The position numbers and the translations under genes are program-made. Positions 18,894 through 32,170 of a DNA stretch of 64,000 bases are shown here, in pieces (position 1 is the stretch's first letter; each line of letters starts with the position of its first letter). This DNA comes from Azolla caroliniana (lineage: Eukaryota; Plantae; Polypodiophyta): NCBI GenBank assembly GCA_043228905.1, contig JBHGNT010000013.1, positions 9,858,001-9,922,000 on the forward strand, given 5' to 3'. Below the pieces are notes generated by a model, which worked only from the letters and a program-made list of their open reading frames with translations, had not been told where the DNA came from and did no database searches.

Positions 18894-19745
18894 GCAATGG
18901 CTGAAGTGTTCTTTTCTTTAGGAATCTTCCTGGGTTCGACATTATTACCGACACTCTTGTCCTTCTTAAGATGTCGGTAGTCCTTCTGGAAATGTCCAAG
19001 TTTACCACAGTAAAAGCATGTCAGCTTACCTCTGGACTTCGATCTGGCGTGGGAAAGGTCCCTTCGTTGTGGACTTCTTTGTCGATGTCTTCCTCTGCCA
19101 GTATGTTGAGTCAAGTTTGACTCCGACTAAACCAGGACACCCTTGTCCTTCCTTCTAGTGTCCTCGTTCAAGATACTTGTCTTCACGGCTTGAAGAGACA
19201 AGTTCTCTTCTTGACATGAGGTGTTGAGAGTCACCACTAGATTCTCCCAGTTGTCTGGCAAGGTGCACAATAGCAGGATGACCTGCATTGCATCTTCGAG
19301 TGGGAACTTGGTTGCGGCAAGTTGATTCACGTACCCCATGAATGTGCTGATGTGTTTGACGATGCTCTCACCATCTCTGTATTTCAGCCGTATGATCTTC
19401 CTCATCAATGAGGTTTTATTGAGGGCGTTCTTCCTCTCATATAGACCTGACAACTTCTGCCACATCTCATGGGCGTTCGTGTCGTTCGCTACATGCTGAA
19501 GGACACGTACATGGACGCACTGTCGGATGGCGATCACCGCCTTTCTGTTAAGAAGTTTCCATTCCGACTCTAATACCCCCTTGGGTATTTCTGCTCTATC
19601 GATCGGCTCGTACAAGTCTTTGACTATGAGGAGGTCCTCCATCTTTATCTTCCGGTCTCCATAGTTCTGTAAATTTAGAACTATCATACATGGGAAGCCG
19701 CTCCCACCTCCTTCCATGCTTGCACCTAAAGCTCTGATACCAGTT

Positions 19746-20291
19746 TGTTGAGAAAACAATCGTTAGCTACAAGAAGAATGCATTGAAATACACAGCTCGG
19801 AACACACGCAACAACAGTGTACACAGATTTTACGTGGAAACCCTAAACGGGGAAAACCACGGGAATAGAGCTTCACTAAATAGTGGATATACAAAAACCA
19901 AGGAAGATTACAACACTCTCTGTGGAGTGTATCGGCCTCACAAGGCCCTTGGTCCTTGTTGTTTTACACACAGAGCTATGGCACCGTGCTCTCTCTCCTC
20001 TTCCTCTCACACTTCAGTACAACACTCTAACTCTCTCTTTCTGTTCTACTCTTGCTTCTATGTTCTTGCCCTAGATGTATTTATACTCATACATAATATG
20101 GGTTATTTACAAGTGTAGCCCCTACTACAAATCGTTACTACTATTATTATTATTACAATAATAATAATCGACATTTAATTAGCCGACTCTCGATACCCGC
20201 ACTGAATAGTCGACTTCTCCTTGTCTTCGACTGTCGTCTCTTCTATGCTCGAACAATCAGCTCCTCCCATTGGAGGGACATATTCCCAACA
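19746..20291 (-). repeat. 5' LTR of Copia E
   Basis: TGTTGGGAA...CTCAACA on minus; same family as 23291-23829. Confidence 0.85.
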
Positions 20292-20430
20292 CTCACATGG
20301 TTGCTCACATTTGTTCGTGTTGTTATTTCTGGTGAGGACTCGCCCAATCATCAAATCAACTTTGATTTTGTACTTTAGCTCACCCTTGCACCATGATACT
20401 TTCAAAAAGGCAATTGTAAAGGGGGGATAA

Positions 20431-20827
20431 TCTCACAGACATGAGAAGAGTTATGTCAAGATTCAAACTCTTGACCTCTTGTATTATAATCAAGTGCTAT
20501 GTTGTAACTAACGCATCCAAATACATAGTCATGTTATGTATATCTTCGTAGATTATCTATTCAAGTTCTAGGAGTTTTTAGAACTTTCTAGAACTAGAAG
20601 GTTCTAGAATATTCTCCAAAATATTCTCTAGAATATTCTAGTGCATGTACTTCAGCTCATAGTATAAATACTTGTAACCTCCTTGGTTCCTTTCAAGGGA
20701 TTCAACGCCAGTGATTGACACATCAATCTAATATTCTCGTTTCGCCCCATCTTGTATCCTTGATCTTCATCTCAATAGCCCCATCATTTGTGCTTTGTTC
20801 GAGTCAGCATTTGGTGTGTCCATGACA
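20431..20827 (+). repeat. Old chromovirus 3' LTR with preceding PPT
   Basis: AAAGGGGGGATAA PPT; T(C)TCA...TGACA; same layout as LTRs A/B (decayed B-box, HSEs, TATAAATA, TTCAACGCCAG). Confidence 0.75.
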
Positions 20828-23290
20828 GGCCCCCGGGATGATCTACAGTATCACCAAGTTTCAACATTACCTACTCGGTTGAAAGTTCACTTTCATATTG
20901 ATCACTCGTCGCTCCTTTACCTTGTCATGAAACAATCACTTACTTGCAGATTGGCAAAATGGATGCTCTTACTACAGGATAGGGGTACAACATGTCATAG
21001 CAGACTATCTAAGTCGACTTGAGTCAGGGGAACCAGCAAATGGCGTACAAGAAGATTTCCCCATCGGGGAAATCTTTCGACTCGACTCAGCTGATACCAA
21101 TGATCGAAACCAAGACCCCGAGGACAAATGGATTGACGACATGACATACCTCCTTACCTCAAGCTTGCCTCTTGCCAACATGCCATTTGATGAGAAGAAG
21201 TGATTGGTGGTCCGAAGCCGGAAATTCTGTTTACTCCACAACACGTTGTATCATAAGAGCGGAAACGACATCTAACGTCGGACAATTCGGCAATTCAAGA
21301 AGAACGTGATCCTGCAAGAGGCACATTGCGGTATAACAGGTGGGCACTATGCGGGCGAAGCAACAACCCGCAAAGTGTGGTAGAGTAGCCTATGGTGGCC
21401 AACAACACAAAGGGACGTAGTGACTTTCTGTCGAAAATGTGATTTATGTCAACGGATAGGATAACCGGCAAAACAAGCACGAATGCCGCACCAACTGATT
21501 CTACCACTCAAGCCTTTTCGGAAGTGGGGTCTCGACTTTGTGGGCCCATTCAAACTAGTTCCAACACGAACAGAAAATCGTTACATCATTGTTGCGATCG
21601 ATTACTGCACTAAGTGGGTGGAAGCAAAGGGACTTCGAGACAACACGACTGCATCTACGACAAAATTCTTCAACGAAAATATTTGGTGTAGGTACTTTAT
21701 CAAGTGACTAGGGGAGTCACTTTATCAACAAATTGGTACACGGCCTCACAAATCAGTATGCGGTGGTACATAACAAGAGTACGCCCTACTACCCTCAGGC
21801 GAATGGTCTATAGCCGAATTGACCAACAAGACACTGCAAACCATCCTTAAAAAAATCACGAATGAAAATCGAATGGATTGGGATTAGAAGTTGCAAAGTG
21901 CTCTCTAGACATATCGTACAACGTACAAGACGAGCATACAATCGACCCCGTTTCGATTGGTGTTTGGATTGGAGGTAGTCATGCCAATCGAATTCCAAGT
22001 GCCAAGTCTATGAGTGCAAACAAACACTCGCTTACCTAAAGCCGAGTTCAAATAGAGATGCCTCAAGCAATTACTCGAGCTCAGAAGTGAGAATCACAAG
22101 CTTGAGCAAACTCGAACAAGACTGGCATTGTTGGAAAGGCTTTGTCCATGGACCATAGGCACAGAAAAGGCAATGAACAATCATTCAAAATCAGCAAAGT
22201 AGTGTTGGTTTTCCAGAGACAGCTTTGACACATGCCTGGGAAGCTTTGATTCCATTGGATGAGGCCCAATTAGATCATCGACGAGTTTAACAGGATGTAC
22301 CAGATCACGACATTAGCCAGCGAAGTAATGCTGAAATGGGTCAATAGTTTCCGACTCAAACCCTATCTCGGGGCTACACCCTTGAACCCCTTCATAGACG
22401 AGAATCGGGAAACAATGGAACCCCGCTTAACCACAAAAGTAGGTGAAAAGGTAGGTGCAAGTAACCTAGCGTCACAATCACGGTAGGGACCCCATCTACC
22501 CTAACTTGTAACTTAGGTGTAATTATGAAAAAAAAAACAATCCCCACCAAGAATTATTTAAAGTGCATGTGCATGCACATAGCTCAAGAAAGCAAGTACA
22601 AGTAAAGGATTTTGAATCTTGGGCACACATCACGCCTCGGGAAATGCAACGAATACAAAAACTACTTTTGCAAAAAAGCAACCTCATTTCATGCGAAGAA
22701 GTAGTAGAAGCACAAACACACCGAGCTCCGACCTCCCTCAACAGAAGTTCTTTAGGCCCCAAACCTCCCAACGTAGAAGAAGCATCCATTAGGCCGATCG
22801 AGATCTCATCCAAGCTACGCATCTTGCAAAGAAGGCACAACCTAGCTGGCTATATTAAAGTTGTTAATGCCCCGCCGCACTCAGAGGCCCATGAGCTCGA
22901 CACGCGGATCCGCGCCGACCGCCTCACCAACGACCAAGTTTGGCAAGCCCTTGGCCTAAAACATGGAGGCCATCACAATATGGAGGTTCCACCTCCCCAC
23001 GTCCTCAAATCGTATTTCCTGGAGTACTCCTCCTCAGCCAAGGCATACAAAACGCAGGTAGGACCAAACGAGTTCTTCTGCGAACTCGCCAAGTTCCTGC
23101 TAGAGGTTGTCTGTGTCCATCCCACCACTTATGCCATGTCAAAGAAAAAAGCCAGATTTATCAAGTGGACAAAGTCGATTGGGCTCCCTGATAGGTGAGG
23201 TGCTCTAAACAAGGATCTTGGCCCTACAGGCGGGGAAGAAGCTGTTGCTGGTAGTCGCCCACTACCTCTCGATACTTTACCCTAAAATGG

Positions 23291-25124
23291 GTGCACAGAG
23301 ATTTAACGTGGAAACCCTAAAATGGGAGAAAACCACGGAGAATAGAGCTTCACTATGTATACTGGATATACAACAGAGGGTATGTTACAACACTCTTCCG
23401 AGTGTATCAACCACGTGGGGCTCTTGGCGTCTGCTGTTACGCACACAACTATGGTGCCACACTCTCTCTCCTTCTCTCTCTCTACTCACACCTCAAGCTC
23501 TCCTTCTAGCACTACTTCACTCTGTCTCTTCTATTCTCTCTCGTTTTTCCCTAAGTGTATTTATACTTATACACTATATGGATTATTTACAAATGTAGCC
23601 TCTGCTACATATCATTATTATTATTGCTATAATAATAATAGTCGAACTATCAAACAGTCGATTCACTGTTTTCGACTCTTCGACTGTCGGCTTTCCGAAC
23701 AGTCGGATCTTCCCTGTCTTCGACTGTCGGCACTCCTTGGTCCGATCAGTCGGCTCCTTGTAGTCATCGACTGTCAGCAACTTCTGGACAGTTGGTTCCT
23801 CCTCCCACTTGAGGGAAATATTCCCAACAAACTCCCCCTTCACTCCTGTGGGAGGAAGTCAATCAGTCCTGTCTTCTATCGATAGACTCTGAATCTATCC
23901 ATAGGTAGGTTCTTCGTCAGCATGTCGGATCCATTGTCGTTAGTATGGATCTTCACTAGGGAAAACTCTCCTTCTTCGACTCTCTCCCGCAACCAGTGAT
24001 ACCTTCTCTTTATATGCTTGGTCCGGGAGTGGTATGCAGCATTCTTGGCAAGATGTATGGCACTCTGACTGTCACAGTGAAGTAAGAGCTCCTTTTACGT
24101 CATCCCTAATTCGGTGAGAAAACTTCTCATCCAGATCATCTCTTTGCCGGCCTCTACCACTACTATATACTCCGCCTCTGTAGTCTATAAAGTTACAGAC
24201 TTCTACAGTCGTGACTGCCACGACACTGCTCCCCCCTACATAGGTCATCACGTACCCTGACGTGGATCGGCTCGAGTCGACATCTCCCGACATGTCCAAG
24301 TCGGTAAAACCTTCCAGCACAGGTTTTCCGACACCATACCTTAGGCATACCTCTGAGGTGCCTTTTAAGTACCTAAGTATCCACTTCACCGTTGCCCAAT
24401 GTTCTCTTCCTGGATTACTCATATATCGGCTTACTGCTCCTACAACAAATGTTATGTCAGGTCTCGTCCAGACCATAGCATACATTAGACTACCGACGGC
24501 CGAGGAATACGGTACCTTCCTCATCTCGACCTTCTCCTTCTCCCCTCCCGGGCACTGCTTCGCATTTAACCTACAATTTGTTGGCAACACTGAGCCGACC
24601 GGCTTTGCGTCTGACATGTTAAACCTCTCTAGGATCTTTTTCACATACTTCTGTTGTGACAACCATAGCACCTTTTGAGTTCTGTCTCGAACTATGTGCA
24701 TTCCCAAGATATGTTTAGCCGGTCCAAGGTCTTTCATGGCAAATGATTTGCCAAGAGCTTTCTTCAAGCTTCCAATCTTCCTTGTATCTTGACTGACTAT
24801 CAACATGTCATTGACATATAGCAAGAGAATCAATAAGTCTCCTTCTTCGTACCTTTTGACGAACACACAGTGATCGTCTTGTGTTTTCTGGAACCGGTGT
24901 TCCATCATGAAGAACTCGAACTTCTTGTACCATTGGCGTGGAGCTTGTTTCAGACCGTACAAGCTTTTCTTGAGTCGACACACCAGATTCTCTTTCCCTT
25001 TCTCCATAAATCCTTCGGGTTGCTCCATATAGATTTCTTCTTCTAGCTCCCCGTGCAGAAATGCGGTTTTGACATCCAACTGTTCGATCTCCAGATCCAT
25101 ACTGGCCGCTATGCTCAGAACAAT
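23291..25124 (-). mobile_element. Copia G fragment (RT-RH, PPT, truncated 3' LTR 23291-23829)
   Basis: LDVKTAFLHG; YVND (YVDD mutated); PPT GAAGGGGGAG; LTR similar to E; no TSD seen. Confidence 0.88.
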
Positions 25125-26427
25125 TCGCCCAAATGCACAATGCATATGAGATGGGCAAAGTTCGGATCAAGCTCATGTTGGAAAGGCATTGGAAGTGGTT
25201 GTTAGACTAGAAAGTAGAAGAAGCTCTGACTCAGGGATGGCAAGAATGGTCGGCACAAGTGGCCGAATTACAAATAGTCCGGGCATATCACGAAAACTGC
25301 AAAAAAGAGGGCCGAGGATAGCATTAAACTGCTCTGAGAGGACCTGGCTGATGAATTCTACTCCCTCGCCCAAATGCACAATGCATACGAGATGGGCAAA
25401 GTTCAGATCAAGCTTGTGTTGGAAAGGCATCGGAAGTGGTTGTTAGACTAGAAAGTAGAAGAAGCTCTAACTCAAGGATGGCAAGAATGGTCGGCACAAG
25501 TGGCCGAATTACAAATATTCCGGGCAGATCATGAAAACTGCCAAAAAGAGGGCCGAGGATTCTACAAAATGGACGAGGATAACATTAAGTTGCTCTGAGA
25601 GGACCTGACTGATGAATTCTACTCCCTCGCCCAAATGCACAATGCATACGAGATGGGCAAAGTTTGGATCAAGCTCATGTTGGAAAGACGTCGGAAGTGG
25701 TTGTTAGACTAGAAAGTAGAAGAAGCTCTGACTCAAGGATGGCAAGAATGTTCTGTAGAAGTGGCCAAATTACAAATATTCCGGGCAGATCACAAAAACT
25801 GCCAAAAAGAGGGTCGATGATTCTACAAAATGGACGAGGATAGCATTAAACTGCTCTGAGAGGACCTGGCTGATGAATTCTACTCCCTCGCCCAAATGCA
25901 CAATGCATACGAGATGGGCAAAGTTCAGATCAAGCTCATGTTGGAAAGGCATCGGAAGTGGTTGTTAGACTAGAAAGTAGAAGAAGCTCTAACTTAGGGA
26001 TGGCAAGAATGGTCGACACAAGTGGCCGAATTACAAATATTCCGGGCAGATCACGAAAACTACCAAAAAGAGGGCCAAGGATTCTACAAAGTGGACGATG
26101 ATAGCATTAAATTGCTCTAAGAGAACCTGACTGATGAAGTCTACTACCTCGCCCAAATCCACAATGCATACGAGATGAGCAAAGTTCGGATCAAGCTTAT
26201 GTTGGAAAGGCATCGGAAGTGGTTGTTAGACTAGAAAGTAGAAAAAGCTCTGACTCAAGGATGGCAAGAATGGTCGACACAAGTGGCTGAATAACAAATA
26301 TTCCGGGTAGATCATGAAAACTGCCAAAAAGAGGGCCGAGGATTCTACAAAATGGATGAGGATAGCATTAAACTGCTCTGAGAGGACTTGGCGATTAATT
26401 CTACTCCCTCGCCCAAATGCACAATGC
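25125..26427 (+). repeat. ~261-bp tandem repeat, 5 units plus a partial unit
   Basis: Unit starts at 25125, 25366, 25627, 25888, 26149, 26409 (TCGCCCAAATGCACAATGC). Confidence 0.95.
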
Positions 26428-28183
26428 GGAGGTGATAAAATTGATCGAGGAATTTGAGGACGAGCAGCTAACAACTCGGCCATAAAATTGGAGAAATATG
26501 AACGAGAAAGAATCCAGGCCAAGGCAGAACGCAATGACCGAAGCAGAGCAGAAAATGAAACCGGAGCCGCGAAGGAAGAACAAAAGTCAGAGGTGGCGAG
26601 GAGGTACCCATCTAAATGACGGAGAAGCAAGTCGACAACCAAGATGACAACGACACCATAGGGGGAGCAAAGGCCCCAACCTGACGTCGACCTAACAAAC
26701 GCAGATAACGAATAGCCGGGGGAGCTAAAGACCAGAGCAGCCGACTGCGGAATATCCTAACGGCGATGATAGACAACCAATTAGCCGAGGAACAACAAAC
26801 ACATCTTGAACAAGCAGCCAAGTTCAACATCAAAGCAGATGACTCGCGACAGTCGCCGAGCATCTTGCACATTTTTTACGAGGAGTAATTCGCAAGCTTT
26901 TGGCGAGGATTTCTTTGTTTTTTCAATTCACATTATTTTTTCTATTTTTGTGGGTTCGACTTGCAAAGCACTGTCACATAGGCGTGCTAGGTGTTGACTG
27001 GGCAGGACGATCGAATGTGTGAAAGGGCAACTAGCCAAAAGACGAATAAGGCACGAAACTACCTAATAGAAACGATTGTAACGCACCATGCTTCTAGAAA
27101 TAGGAAGCATGGAGGCCTATATAAATACCGAGTTATCGAGAGAGTGGGGGCCGACAAGATTATTATATTTAGGCATGAAGTTTACAAAGAGGGGAGGACT
27201 TTAGAGAGAATGAGTGTTATATCGACAGTTGATTGATACTTGTAACGATATGTATTCGTAATCGATTATTCTTTTTTATGGGGAAACCCTGTGTATCTAA
27301 CGTATGCTCTAAAGTGTATTGTTTGTGCGTAGTCGTGAGCTTGTGATCGGGTGTAGCTAATTCGACGAGATACTTGTTATTGTGTCCCTTATGAGGTTCT
27401 AAGAGTTGTCTGCATCCCCGAGTGTCGTGCGGATAAGACGAGCTCGGGTATCCACAGAGAGTTACCTAGGAACCCTTGGAGTTTAGTTACCTCCATAACT
27501 CTCGTAAAGTACCCAGTCGACGGGATGACCCGAAGCCCCTTCCTCCTTCCTACGACAATTACCTTGATCCGATTACATGGGAGTAGCAACCAAGAGTGTG
27601 TTTTTCTAGAAAAAGGGGTAACAAATATATGATTTCCAATATGAAAAATTTGCAGAAAAGGTGGAAACAAATAAAATACCAACTTGTGAAGCAAGCAAGT
27701 GGTGATGAAGATGGTGTTCCAAATGCACGTTGATGGTTGGTTGGCTGATTTTGTTTTCCCTCCACAAAACCCAAAATGAGAGGTTTCAAGATTTTATACG
27801 ACTTTGTTGGGTGACCACGCTTGGTTGGGTGACCATATTTGATTGGACGACCGAGCTGGTGATAGTTGGGCGACCATATTTGGTTGGGCGATCGAGCTGG
27901 TGATAGTTCGGTGACTGACCAATGATAATTGGGCGACTTACAAGTAGTCGAGTGACTAAAGGTGTCAGGGTTGGGCGATTACTAACAACTTTTTATTCAC
28001 GTGTTTTTTTATCCAAATTGGATGGTGCAGATTGCACGCGGCCTCCGTTGAGCAACTTGGAGAGTCCATAGCCGTGACTCCTTCCGAAACCTATTTATGA
28101 GTTAGGTCCAAATAGACACGAGCGTTTGTATGTGTGTATGTATGTATGTATGTATGTACTCGATCCATCTATTCACCCATAGC

Positions 28184-28235
28184 AGAAGAAGAAGAAGAAG
28201 AAGAAAAAAGATATTTATGGGTGTCGTGTTGTGAC

Positions 28236-28282
<47 letters not shown>

Positions 28283-28364
28283 GGTAGTCTCTGTCACCAC
28301 TGCTAGTCGCCCCATCAGTTGTTCCTTTTCTTCCTCTGCAGAGCGAGCGAGCGAGCGAGCGAGC
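28184..28364 (+). repeat. (GAA)n, (GA)n and (GAGC)n microsatellites in the CBSX promoter/5' UTR
   Basis: Visible directly. Confidence 0.85.
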
Positions 28365-28371
28365 GATCATC

Positions 28372-31183
28372 ATGGGTCGTTCACTCTTCTCATGCCTCTC
28401 TTCTTCATCGCCCTCTTCTTTAATCTTCTCTTCATCTGCCGTATATCATCCCTGTACTAACTACTACTCTCCTTTTCCTCATTCTTCCGCTTCTTCATTC
28501 GTCAATTCCTCTGCCTCTGTATCTACGGCTTCCCATAATACTACGACCACCTTATCTGATAGATGTCAGATTCCGAACGTTTCTGGGCCATGGAAACCCA
28601 ACAGATGCCTCTCTTTTTCTGCTCTTATGGAAAATCCTGTTCCAGTAAGTACAGCGTAAAATGTCGTATCTTTTTTTATTTCTCAACATTAAATACCTAG
28701 AAAGAAGTATGTTTTGATTTGTTGACTTCAATCAGTGGTCTCATGGCATCGGCCTGAAGATATCTGAAGCTCTTGTTTTTGCAATATATGTGACTCTTTA
28801 TCTGTATGATGTTGTGCCTGAAAATATAAGCATCCTGGTTGGATGGTACGGATTCATTTGACCTAGATCTTAGCTGTTAGTAGATGATGGTATTAGAAAT
28901 CATGGGTCACCTATAGAAATGATTATGTTAGCATCATTTTTGGATACAGAGGACTCAAGGAGGAATAACAAGTCGTTTTGTTTGTAGGAGAAACACGAAG
29001 TTTACACTGTAGGAGAATTTATGACAAAGGTGGATGATCTTTTGTTAGTGAAACCATCTTCGACAGTAGATGAAGGTGAGACTTTTGTTCTTGCCATCGC
29101 CATTGTTTATAGCAAAGAGGTCAAATATTTGAATGGTGTTCTTCTACAAGTTCGTTGTTCTGGAAAGATTTAATCTTATCATTTTTATGATATTGTCGTC
29201 AAAACAGCTCTCGAATTGCTGGTTCATAATCGAGTAACAGGATTGCCTGTTGTTGATGATGCTGGAAAACTGGTGAGGTGATGAGATTTTCTAATTTTCT
29301 TTCTGTTAAAATGTAAGGGATAAATGTAGTATATAGTGCCGGGGCCATAAGCTGACTAATTATTTCAACGTATTTAAGGGCATGAAAATCCAGTAAGATA
29401 GGGTACTCTGACTTATTATTGCATAGATGCTTGAATTATTAAACTTAATAGGAATCCAACTTGGTATCAAATGTGATGCTGAAAATTTACTTGACTCTGC
29501 AATGTAACCATCACCACATCATGCTGCAAAGTGATACAGTAGCGTCAAGAAACCGATGCATCATTGCACTAGTGCTGTTCTTTAGGCATACATATACTGA
29601 TCAAAATGAATGGAGGGGCTTTATAATAGCATCCGAATAGTAAATCAATTGCAAAGTAATTTGAAAATTGAGGAGAAAATGTTGTGTGTTTTAGGGTTAC
29701 CAATGGTACAACATTTCTCTCAATAAGAAGATTACTTTTCTATTTTCTTTAACTCAATAAAAAAATGACATTTTATATATTTTAAACCCTTTCAGGTTGG
29801 CTTAGTCTCAGACTTTGACCTACTTGCCCTTGATTCTATTTCAGGTATCAATAAGTTTGTTTGAATTCAGTTTGTTTGATGTGCTATTTGTGTTTATTAC
29901 CTCGTGTTTAGATCAGTGAGGTGGTGCTGGTAAAATACATCCTTCTTAATGCCGCTAGATTTTTAGTAATTCCCCAAATGCCACTGGTCAACACTGGAAG
30001 ATACAAAAGAAGAGATGAATTGTCCATAAAATTGCTCAAATTGCACAACAATAAGGGGTTGCATTGACTATATATTACTCAAATAGCATATATAATTGCT
30101 CAAGTGGGGTTTGACCTAGGGCATTCAGGAAATAAAGAAAAACCAAGGCATAAATCATTGTTTTTTCTCCATAAAATATAATGTGGTACATGTACAGAAA
30201 AAGAACAGACAAATTTTGGCAGGTAAAAGGACATCAGATTCATCGCTTTTCCCAGAAGCAGGTAGCACATGGAAGGTATGTTTGTCGACAGTGTAAATGG
30301 GAAACACAAGGTTTAAATTTGTTTTTGCTTCATAAGGATTGACTGATCATGAAGTGTTTTTTGTCAGTAGGCCTTTCGGGAACTTCAAAAACTTATTAGT
30401 AAAACACATGGAAGAACTGTGGGGGAAGTGATGACTCCCTCACCCCTGGTTGTGAGAGAAATGACGAACCTTGAAGATGCGGCCAGGTTCGTCTTCTCCT
30501 TAAGACTCAAAACACTAGCTTATTTATTCGCTCGTCTGTAGCCTTGACCTTTTCTCACAATAACCCACTTGTATAACCCCATGTTGTTTTGTTCCAGGTT
30601 GCTTTTAGAGACTAAGTATCGGCGATTGCCAGTGGTTAATGATAATGGAAAATTGGTATGATTCTTGAATTCAGTGCCCCCAGTCTTTGTGATTTTTTAG
30701 TTTAGCAATTGAATTCTAGCAATCTGAGCTTTTTGTATATGGTGTCACAACATACTACAATCTAGAGTTGGATTGTTTTCAACTGCAGTGTAGTTTTGTA
30801 CACTCATCTCTATGTGTGTGATGAAGGGCATTTGTGAAAATAATGAAAACATGGTTGCATTTGGAGAAATAACGAAAGCCTGGGATTTCTAGTTTTCTTT
30901 ATTAACCTTCAATAAGGGTTGTCCTGCATGAATATTGTTTAGAATTCTAGTAGTTTACCAATGGTCAATTAATCTTTAGATGAAGAGTCCTCATTCCGAT
31001 GTATAGATGTGTTTGACAAAACAATCATATATTGTGTAAGTATTTTTACAGTAGTGGGCACTTCGGAGCTTTTCTAGTCTTCATTGTGACTGCTGGCTTC
31101 TGACTTTGCAGCTTGGGCTTCTGACTCGGGGAAATGTGATTAGAGCTGCACTGAAGATAAAGCGGGAAACAGAGGGGAAATGA
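28372..31183 (+). CDS. CBSX1: Chloroplast CBS-domain protein CBSX1/CBSX2-like, 8 exons, 257 aa
   Basis: Exons 28372-28644, 28988-29075, 29208-29272, 29796-29844, 30223-30275, 30371-30486, 30598-30655, 31112-31183, all GT-AG and in frame. Ser-rich transit peptide; YTVGEFMT, TGLPVVDD, VGLVSDFDLLALDSIS, KYRRLPVV, TRGNVIRAAL. The paralog number is uncertain. Confidence 0.92.
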
Positions 31184-32170
31184 ATAAAGTCGAAAGAGTG
31201 TTCTTCTGGTGTATATACACATGTTATGGAAAGGCATTCCCCAGCAGAGAGGCTGTCTCTGTGTGGAGTGGCTTCAAAAGGCCAAAATACATTCATATAG
31301 AGTTCAAGCCTGAATCAGTATCCATACATTTCAAACAAATGCTCTGTAATGGCATAATTTACGTACACTTTTAAAAGATGTGTTTAAATTAATTGGAATT
31401 GACTTAAGATGTGTTGAAACAGTAAGAGATTTGGGGCGATAATTAGTGTGTTTAAAATAACATAATTATGGATAATAAAATCATTGAGACAGACTCCATA
31501 CATTTACCATCTATATAATAAACAAACGGAGCGCGAGTAATTTTTTGTGAATGCTCATCTCCATTCTCATTCTCTCTCAATATTCATGTATCATTTTAGA
31601 ATACATTGTTGAGCTATCAACCCTTCAACCAGTATATCCCTTTGTTTTCTGGTAAACACATATATCAACTGGTTTTGGTGCTTGTACACTTGGTCAATGT
31701 CAAGTAAATATTCTTTGGGTCAGTCTAGCTTTGAAAATTCCCACCACTTGAGAACATTTTTTGTTGTTAAAAAGGTAGTTAACAGCGCTATTGCAGTGTA
31801 AAGCATACTCAATCTTCATTGTGAAGTTGTGAGCGGTATTAATTTGTATAGACAACCATGTCATAATTACTCACTTAAGACCAAAATGTTGATGCAAAAT
31901 AATTCTGCCAATAACCCTTTGTCATTGGTTTAATTAATATGCTATGCGTTCAAGGGAGACTTTAATGTGGAAGAAAGGCACCATTGCATACACTATTGGG
32001 TACTTTGGCTTTGATCATCAGTAATACACATGCCCATGATTTTCCTAGCCAAGTGCCAAAACACTTTGTAATACTAATAAGAATTCATGATTAAGGTCTG
32101 AAAAGTCGGTATAAAGCAACATAATCTGATGATATTGACTCTTCTATAGTTATATAGTCATACAATATAG

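Larger units (their letters stand above)
17804..20291 (-). mobile_element. Copia E 5' part (5' LTR 19746-20291, iMet PBS, gag, PR), degenerate
   Basis: PBS TGGTATCAGAGC (19731-19742 -); gag 19127-19717; CFYCGKLGHF; WVIDSGAS; HKRLGHMSEKG remnant near 17810-17870. Confidence 0.9.
20828..27556 (+). mobile_element. Degenerate non-chromovirus Gypsy H (RNase H, integrase, extra 3' ORF region, probable LTR ~26970-27556)
   Basis: [36 protein letters not shown] and YYPQANG motifs; LTR limits uncertain. Confidence 0.7.

Noticed and set aside
19746-23829. LTRs of E and G as the two ends of one element
   Set aside because: PBS and PPT face outward: E's internal region lies to the left and G's to the right, so they are separate copies.
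27805-27980. Degenerate TTGGGCGACC-type short repeats upstream of CBSX
   Set aside because: Too decayed to assign; no TIR or TSD found; probably a TE relic.
28645-28659. 95-aa single-exon ORF 28372-28659
   Set aside because: This is exon 1 of CBSX reading into the intron (GTAAGT at 28645).
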